Shown here piece after piece: positions 27,545 through 33,029 of a stretch of 33,029 bases of DNA. Where the stretch lies: NCBI GenBank assembly GCA_964629455.1, contig CAZVSN010000002.1, forward strand, positions 1 through 33,029. Direction: 5' to 3'. The position numbers and the translations under genes were made by a program. This stretch comes from an uncultured Micavibrio sp. (GTDB lineage: Bacteria; Pseudomonadota; Alphaproteobacteria; Micavibrionales; Micavibrionaceae). The stretch's first letter is position 1. Each line of letters opens with the position of its first letter. A model generated the notes under the pieces. It was given only the letters and a program-made list of their open reading frames with translations. It was not told the origin of the DNA and made no database searches.

Positions 27545-28331
27545 TTATAATCAAACCATCATGCGCCAAACAATATCCGTCCGGCAATTCGGCACAGACT
27601 TTATTATAATCGTAAAACATTTTCAGGTGAGTCAGATAAACCTGTTCTGCGCCAATGACAGCATTGAATTTTTGAACATTCGGGAATGTACAATGCAATG
27701 TTCCATGACCATGTGAATAATCAGCGCAGTCGGCAATCCATGTTTTTATACCTTTTAAAATACTAAGAGCGGTGTCATCTAAATGCATCATATCAGTTGA
27801 ATATCCAAAATCACCGAAACGGAATCCTAAGGATCTGTTTCCTTGTCCGTGGTCTTGGATAAAAGGAATAAAATCAATGTCGCCTATGGTATAGGTTTTT
27901 CCAAACCCGTCTTCGGATAAAATATTTTCGTCAACAACCGCAGGATAAAAACTCGACACCTGTTCAAACAGGTAATTAAACCTTTTCTTTAGTTCCATAA
28001 ATGTTTGGTTATCCGCGTATATTGGAATTTTTTTGTTTATGCGCGCTTGCAAAATACGCAATTCATCCATTCCCGCAACATGGTCGCTGTGGGCATGTGT
28101 ATATAAAACACCATCAATTGTTTTGATATTCTCACGGGTGAGTTGAACCGAAAAATCTGGCCCTGTGTCCACAACTAATGTCGTCGCATCTGATTGCACC
28201 ATAATACTGGGGCGCGTACGGCGATTGCGCGGGTTGGACGGATCGCAATCCCCCCACTCGTTCCCGATGCGAGGAACCCCAGCAGAGTCCCCGCATCCCA
28301 ATACAGTTATTTTTAAAGGTTTAGAAGCCAT
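27531..28331 (-). CDS. MBL-fold metallo-hydrolase (PhnP-like)
   Basis: 266 aa with the HxHxDH motif (YTHAHSDHVAG) and N-terminal ITVLGCGDSAGVP. It overlaps queA by 14 nt and the upstream nitroreductase gene by 11 nt. Confidence 0.9.
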   Translation of the reverse strand: MASKPLKITVLGCGDSAGVPRIGNEWGDCDPSNPRNRRTRPSIMVQSDATTLVVDTGPDFSVQLTRENIKTIDGVLYTHAHSDHVAGMDELRILQARINKKIPIYADNQTFMELKKRFNYLFEQVSSFYPAVVDENILSEDGFGKTYTIGDIDFIPFIQDHGQGNRSLGFRFGDFGYSTDMMHLDDTALSILKGIKTWIADCADYSHGHGTLHCTFPNVQKFNAVIGAEQVYLTHLKMFYDYNKVCAELPDGYCLAHDGLIINARG

Positions 28332-28923
28332 TTGTTATGATTACATTTCCCAATGATAATTTGCCAGCGCGTGGACGTGCATCCTCTGCTTTTTTACCAA
28401 CGGTCACAATCATTCCAATTACATGGTCAGATGGAAGGTTGATAATTTTTGCGACAGCATCTTGGTCAAATCCAATCATCGGGCATGAATCATATCCCAT
28501 ATCTTGGGCGGCTAACATCAATGTTTGGGCAGCAATACCGACTGAACGCATGGCTTCATCACGTTGAATCCATTCGCGGCCTTTATAAAAATCAATGGTC
28601 ATTCCTGCTAACATTTTTTGAACATCCTCCGGAGCACCAGCCGAGTAACGCGCAGGTTCTTTTTCCCATGCTTTAAGGTCAGCACATAAAATCAACAATT
28701 CAGATGCATCGGTGATTTGTGATTGGTTCCATGCGGCAGCTTTAATTGCTTCACGCTTTGCGGCATCGGTGACGCGAACAAAACGCCAGTTCTGAATATT
28801 GAATGATGTTGGGGACAAAGCAACCAATCCCATTAATTCTTGGAACTGGGATTCGGTCATTTTTTGGCTGGCATCAAAAGATTTGACGGCACGGCGCGAT
28901 TGAATAGCTTCACTGACTTTCAT
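28321..28923 (-). CDS. nitroreductase family protein
   Basis: 200 aa with the N-terminal AIQSRRAVKSFD motif and SPTSFNIQNWRFV, both typical of FMN nitroreductases. Confidence 0.88.
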   Translation of the reverse strand: MKVSEAIQSRRAVKSFDASQKMTESQFQELMGLVALSPTSFNIQNWRFVRVTDAAKREAIKAAAWNQSQITDASELLILCADLKAWEKEPARYSAGAPEDVQKMLAGMTIDFYKGREWIQRDEAMRSVGIAAQTLMLAAQDMGYDSCPMIGFDQDAVAKIINLPSDHVIGMIVTVGKKAEDARPRAGKLSLGNVIITNGF

Positions 28924-29723
28924 TATAAATTTCCTTTTTCGAGTTTAAATAGATTGTAAAAATTTGTGGTCGTTATATTTGCCATTTCTGATTTAGAAAT
29001 ATCTTTCAAATTGGCAAGGGTTGCTCCTGTTAAAGGCACATACGCAGGAACATTCATTTGTCCGCGATGGGGTTCGGGTGCCAAATACGGGCTGTCGGTT
29101 TCAACCAATAACCTGTCCATCGGCACATCTTTGGCAAATGCGCGTAATTCTTCTGATTTTTTGAATGTCAGAATACCCGAAAAGGAAATATGCAGCCCTA
29201 AATCAAGTGCCTCATGCCCCATTTTGGTGGAACTGGAAAAGCAATGCATAATGCCGCGCATCCCCTGCCCGTTTGTTTCCTCACGAATGATACGAATAAC
29301 ATCATCATCGGCATCACGGGCATGAATAATAATCGGTTTATCAATCGTCAGACAGGCACGAATATGTTTGCGAAAGCATTCTTGTTGGTCGGGGATATCG
29401 GAATGTTTATAAAAATAATCCAACCCGCATTCACCAATGCCAATCACTTTTGGATGGGACTGTGCCAGCGCAATCAATTCGTCAACGGATACAGATTTTT
29501 CATCTGCGCGGCTTGCTTCATGTGGATGCGTTCCGACAGTACACCACACATTTTCCAACGGTTTGACCAATTCAAGGAGTGGCGCAAATTCTTCGCGGAT
29601 TTGACAATTAATCGACATCATGCCCTGAACGCCCTGCGCCCGCGCATCGGCAAGAACGCCACTTACACCATTTTCAGGCGTAAATTTCACATGGTTTAAA
29701 TGGCAATGACTGTCAATCCACAT
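28923..29723 (-). CDS. tatD: TatD-family metal-dependent hydrolase/DNase
   Basis: 266 aa with WIDSHCHL at the N-terminus, GECGLDY, and the ETDSPYLAP motif. Confidence 0.94.
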   Translation of the reverse strand: MWIDSHCHLNHVKFTPENGVSGVLADARAQGVQGMMSINCQIREEFAPLLELVKPLENVWCTVGTHPHEASRADEKSVSVDELIALAQSHPKVIGIGECGLDYFYKHSDIPDQQECFRKHIRACLTIDKPIIIHARDADDDVIRIIREETNGQGMRGIMHCFSSSTKMGHEALDLGLHISFSGILTFKKSEELRAFAKDVPMDRLLVETDSPYLAPEPHRGQMNVPAYVPLTGATLANLKDISKSEMANITTTNFYNLFKLEKGNL

Positions 29724-29726
29724 GGG

Positions 29727-31271
29727 TTATGCTACTTTTTCTTCAACCAATCTCGGGAATACGCCCTGCGGTTGATCGATGGTGGTGAGGGGTTTTAAGG
29801 CGTGGGTGGATGATAGATAATCAAATGATCTCTCCCCTGCTCCGATTGCCAATTGGTCGAGCATTTTTGCGGCTGATACAGGCATCACGGGTTGAATGAT
29901 TAACCCCAGACACCGAATGACCTCACACAAAACATAAAGAACAGTGCCCATGCGTACTGTATCCGTTTTCTTGAGTGACCATGGCGCTTCAACATCGATA
30001 TACACATTCGCGGCATTCACCACATCCCAGATTGCATCCAATGCTTTGTGAAAGCGTTGATTATCCAGTTCATTGCGGACGTTAGCCAACATATCCACCT
30101 GCGCCTGTTTTAACAGGGCTTTGTCATTTTCGGTGAGTTCCGCAGGTGCAGGAATTTTGCCTTCACAATTTTTATAAATAAATGACAAAGTGCGTTGCGC
30201 CAAATTCCCCAACCCATTCGCCAAATCGTTATTGATGCGGTTCAGGGCATTGGCGTGAGAAAAATCACCATCATTTCCGAATGGAACTTCACGAAGCAAA
30301 ACAAAACGTGATGCATCAACACCATATTTTTCAATCAATACCGATGGCGGAATAGCGTTGTTCAAAGATTTGGACATTTTCTCGCCTTCAATCGTCCACC
30401 ATCCATGTGCAAAAACGCGTTTCGGTGGTTGCAGACCAGCCGCCATTAAGAATGCAGGCCAATACACAGCATGGAAACGCAAAATATCTTTACCTACCAT
30501 GTGCAAATCGGCTGGCCAGAATTCGGACACATCATTCGGATATCCTGCAACGGTCAAATAATTGGTGAGTGCGTCAATCCACACATACATAACGTGTTTG
30601 TCGTTACCAGGGACAGGGACACCCCAATCAAATGTTGTGCGCGATACCGATAAATCTTTTAACCCGCCACGAACAAAGCTTTTCACTTCGTTGAATCGTG
30701 TGTCAGGCATACAGAAACTCGGGTTAGCCGCATAAAAATCAAGCAGTTTGTCTTGCCATGCAGACAGGCGGAAGAAATAACTTTCTTCTTCCATCCATTC
30801 TACCTCTGCACCTGACGGTGCAATTTTTTTACCTGCGGCATTGGTGGTCAGTTCATCTTCGGCGTAATATGCTTCATCACGCACGGCGTACCATCCCGCA
30901 TATTTATCCAGATAGATTTCACCCTTTTCAACCAACACATTCCACAAATGTTGGCATGCCTTAATGTGGCGTTCTTCGGTCGTGCGAATAAAATCATCAT
31001 TGGAAAAATTCATGAGGCCGCAGAGGTCACGGAAATTTTGTGACACGGTGTCTGTAAATTCTTGCGGAGATACCCCCGCTTTTTCGGCAGATTGTTTCAC
31101 CTTTAATCCGTGTTCATCTGTCCCCGTCATAAAGCGGACATTGTATCCGTCGAGCCGTTTAAACCGCGCTAATACATCACATGCAATGGTCGTATAGGTA
31201 TGCCCCAGATGAGGTTTGTCGTTCACATAGTAAATGGGGGTCGTGATGTAATAGGATTTTTTCGCGGTCAT
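29727..31271 (-). CDS. metG: methionine--tRNA ligase (short form without a C-terminal dimerisation domain)
   Basis: 514 aa with the HIGH-type motif (PHLGHTYTT) and KMSKS (GEKMSKSL). Confidence 0.97.
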   Translation of the reverse strand: MTAKKSYYITTPIYYVNDKPHLGHTYTTIACDVLARFKRLDGYNVRFMTGTDEHGLKVKQSAEKAGVSPQEFTDTVSQNFRDLCGLMNFSNDDFIRTTEERHIKACQHLWNVLVEKGEIYLDKYAGWYAVRDEAYYAEDELTTNAAGKKIAPSGAEVEWMEEESYFFRLSAWQDKLLDFYAANPSFCMPDTRFNEVKSFVRGGLKDLSVSRTTFDWGVPVPGNDKHVMYVWIDALTNYLTVAGYPNDVSEFWPADLHMVGKDILRFHAVYWPAFLMAAGLQPPKRVFAHGWWTIEGEKMSKSLNNAIPPSVLIEKYGVDASRFVLLREVPFGNDGDFSHANALNRINNDLANGLGNLAQRTLSFIYKNCEGKIPAPAELTENDKALLKQAQVDMLANVRNELDNQRFHKALDAIWDVVNAANVYIDVEAPWSLKKTDTVRMGTVLYVLCEVIRCLGLIIQPVMPVSAAKMLDQLAIGAGERSFDYLSSTHALKPLTTIDQPQGVFPRLVEEKVA

Positions 31272-31342
31272 AGTGGAAATTCTTTCTGTTTCAGTCTGTT
31301 ATAGTCATTTTTGAATGTTTTTCCAGTATTTTGGCAATTTTG

Positions 31343-31372
31343 TTGACATAATTTATATGTGTATTCTATAAA
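31343..31372 (+). promoter_or_regulatory. candidate sigma-70 promoter for the 31394 gene
   Basis: TTGACA (31343-31348), an 18-nt spacer, then TATAAA (31367-31372), lying 22 nt upstream of the ATG. It is a pattern match in AT-rich DNA. Confidence 0.45.
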
Positions 31373-31393
31373 CCTCACTATTAAAGGTACAGA

Positions 31394-31987
31394 ATGGCAA
31401 AACAGATACAAAAAGACCGCTATTTAGAATTGGACGGAACTCCAGTAGAGGCCAAAGGACTATGGCGTCATGTGTCCCCGCTTTGTTTGGCCGCTACATT
31501 TGCAACGGCGGCCTTATGTTCAAATTACTACGATGCCTTTCCCCACAAAAATAAAAATCAACACCCGATTACCCCGATGGTCGAAGCATCACTGGGTCTA
31601 CTGTTTGCTAGAGGTTTGAAAGAGTTTCAAAAATATTCCTATGGACGCATTCCATTTAACCGCACCGCCTATGATAAATATATCATTGACACAAAAAAGA
31701 CCACACAGGCAGAAACAATCAACCCCGCGGATAACACTGTCATAAAAAAATCCATATGGGGAAATGGCTATGCCCAAGGGGGATGTCAAAGTTTCATGAT
31801 TGCAACATATGGAATAGCAGATGCAATAAGCTCAGTTCCTCTCCTGTATGATTGCATCACCCATGTTCATCGTCTTCATAAATTAAACAAAGGCGATTGG
31901 ATTATTATTGACCGCAATGACATGAAGAAGGTTGAGGAAGAACAAAAGCAAGAAAACCACTCCCACACCCTCGCCCCTGCCGTCTAA
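31394..31987 (+). CDS. hypothetical protein, paralog 1 of a tandem pair with conserved termini
   Basis: 197 aa. The N-terminus (M-KQIQKDRYLELDGTPV) and C-terminus (KLNKGDW...DMKKVEEEQKQENHSHTLAPAV) are shared with the next gene. It has two or three hydrophobic stretches and no recognised family. Confidence 0.7.
   Translation: MAKQIQKDRYLELDGTPVEAKGLWRHVSPLCLAATFATAALCSNYYDAFPHKNKNQHPITPMVEASLGLLFARGLKEFQKYSYGRIPFNRTAYDKYIIDTKKTTQAETINPADNTVIKKSIWGNGYAQGGCQSFMIATYGIADAISSVPLLYDCITHVHRLHKLNKGDWIIIDRNDMKKVEEEQKQENHSHTLAPAV
31398..31431 (+). repeat. 34-nt direct repeat (5' coding module), identical to 32017..32050
   Basis: CAAAACAGATACAAAAAGACCGCTATTTAGAATT is identical in both genes, starting at codon 2. 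Confidence 0.95.
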
Positions 31988-31991
31988 TTTT
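31928..31991 (+). repeat. 64-nt direct repeat (3' coding module plus stop plus 4 nt), identical to 32562..32625
   Basis: AAGGTTGAGGAAGAACAAAAGCAAGAAAACCACTCCCACACCCTCGCCCCTGCCGTCTAATTTT is identical in both copies by direct comparison. Confidence 0.95.
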
Positions 31992-32012
31992 TCTTAGATT
32001 TATGGATATACG

Positions 32013-32621
32013 ATGACAAAACAGATACAAAAAGACCGCTATTTAGAATTAGATGGTACGCCTGTTGGGGCTGGTTTTTTACGCCGTCTTGTGTCCCCAT
32101 ATTGCTTGGCAGCTACTTTTTGTTGTTCGTCTTATGGGCTTGCTCACCTTGATGAATATTTCAATAAATCAAACACAAAAGAACATCCCGCTTCAGTTCC
32201 GTTTGTTTTAGCTGGTGTAGGACTTATCACAGAAATTGTGAGCAGAGAAAAAATAAAATATATGCTCGGTCTTAAGGTGGGTAAGTTTGATAAGTCTCTT
32301 TACAAAAAATATGTAATTGATGTTAGAGGCGATTTAGAAAATGGAGCTAAGTCCGATCCAAAAGAGGTAGATTCAATAAAAAATATATTGGGATACTATT
32401 CGCTTGCGTATTCTAGCCTTGCGGTTACTGCAACGGCAAATGTTGGTTTCTTGATGTCTCCTTTTCTTTCTCCAATTTTTTATAATTCCATTGTTAACGG
32501 AAAAAGTTATTACAAACTAAATAAAGGCGATTGGGTACTCATTCCTCGTGATGACATGAAAAAGGTTGAGGAAGAACAAAAGCAAGAAAACCACTCCCAC
32601 ACCCTCGCCCCTGCCGTCTAA
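32013..32621 (+). CDS. hypothetical protein, paralog 2 of a tandem pair with conserved termini
   Basis: 202 aa with the same end modules as 31394..31987 and a diverged middle. It lies 25 nt downstream of paralog 1 and is very AT-rich inside (16/60 GC on line 32281). Confidence 0.7.
   Translation: MTKQIQKDRYLELDGTPVGAGFLRRLVSPYCLAATFCCSSYGLAHLDEYFNKSNTKEHPASVPFVLAGVGLITEIVSREKIKYMLGLKVGKFDKSLYKKYVIDVRGDLENGAKSDPKEVDSIKNILGYYSLAYSSLAVTATANVGFLMSPFLSPIFYNSIVNGKSYYKLNKGDWVLIPRDDMKKVEEEQKQENHSHTLAPAV
32017..32050 (+). repeat. 34-nt direct repeat, second copy of 31398..31431
   Basis: Identical by direct comparison. Confidence 0.95.
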
Positions 32622-32625
32622 TTTT
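32562..32625 (+). repeat. 64-nt direct repeat, second copy of 31928..31991
   Basis: Identical by direct comparison. Confidence 0.95.
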
Positions 32626-32715
32626 GCACCGCACCAATATTCATAATATTATTTTCTTGCAACAAAGATGCTGGAAACATAAAGTTTGTGAAATATTACA
32701 CACGGGGAGAGCATT

Positions 32716-33029
32716 ATGGCTGAACATTTTATTCTGACGACCCATTACAACGGTAAAAGCTTGGTCGTGACAGAGCAAGCCCTAGACGGGAATCCAAATT
32801 CCCCTTTATTTCCCTTTCTAAGCACATATAACCCCGATCACACTGAAAGGCTTTGTGTCTTTACAAATTGGGGAGAAGCTTTTTTATACAAATCGTTTCT
32901 AGCTGTTTGCGCCCAAACTAACGCTCGCCATGAATTGATTGATCTTGCTCTTAAAACAAAGGTGCCTTACGAGGATTTAAAAATTACGCCTTTGCCAAAA
33001 ATGGATAGCATTAAGACTTCCTCTCCCCT
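32716..33029 (+). CDS. hypothetical protein, 5' fragment running off the window
   Basis: The ATG at 32716 is preceded by GGGGAGA (32704-32710). The frame stays open for 104 codons to the window end (MAEHFILTTHYNGKSLVVTEQALDG...). It is absent from the ORF track, presumably because no stop is reached. No recognised motif. Confidence 0.55.
   Translation, partial: MAEHFILTTHYNGKSLVVTEQALDGNPNSPLFPFLSTYNPDHTERLCVFTNWGEAFLYKSFLAVCAQTNARHELIDLALKTKVPYEDLKITPLPKMDSIKTSSP

Noticed and set aside
32638-32652. AATATT-CAT-AATATT hairpin after the second paralog
   Set aside because: It is a 6-bp all-A/T stem with a 3-nt loop. It is thermodynamically marginal and expected by chance in AT-rich DNA.
1-33029. 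Search by eye for tRNA/rRNA genes, CRISPR repeat-spacer arrays, IS or transposon inverted repeats, integrase, recombinase or phage genes, and reverse transcriptase (retron/DGR)
   Set aside because: None were found. All intergenic regions are shorter than about 240 nt and contain only promoter- or terminator-like elements. The only multi-copy sequences are the two coding-end repeats at 31398/32017 and 31928/32562.

Overview
This 33-kb chromosomal segment is most plausibly from a low-GC alphaproteobacterium. That taxon call is inference only, based on a DUF4167 gene after prmC, rodZ-ispG synteny, etfBA, ubiG and a short-type metG. Roughly three quarters of the window is ordinary, tightly packed housekeeping coding sequence. 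It comprises a uup-like ABC-F ATPase, etfB-etfA plus a translationally coupled HI0933-like flavoprotein, ubiG, lysC, rodZ-ispG, prfA, prmC, a DUF4167 protein and an EamA transporter. It also holds clpB, amt, a lipoprotein with a Mur-ligase paralog, nucleoside 2-deoxyribosyltransferase overlapping mazG, a TerC-CBS membrane protein, and an overlapping metG-tatD-nitroreductase-MBL-queA string. I saw no rRNA, tRNA, CRISPR array, transposase, integrase or phage genes. Short AT-rich accessory insertions carrying orphan genes are embedded in this backbone. Single 60-nt lines counted by hand give about 27-35% GC in these insertions against about 42-47% in core genes. The two best candidates for something undescribed are as follows. 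(1) Three tandem, mutually paralogous small genes (23793-24817, minus strand) have N-termini that look like Phd/YefM antitoxin domains. No recognisable toxin is nearby, and they sit directly upstream of the overlapping deoxyribosyltransferase-mazG pair. (2) Two tandem paralogs (31394-32621, plus strand) have nucleotide-identical 5' (34 nt) and 3' (64 nt) ends, while their interior is diverged even at synonymous sites. Smaller oddities are an antisense APH/kinase-like gene splitting prfA from prmC, a degenerate-Nudix protein with large extensions, an inverted repeat covering the -10/SD region of an orphan gene, and amt without glnK. All functional calls come from motif recognition by eye. No database search was run.
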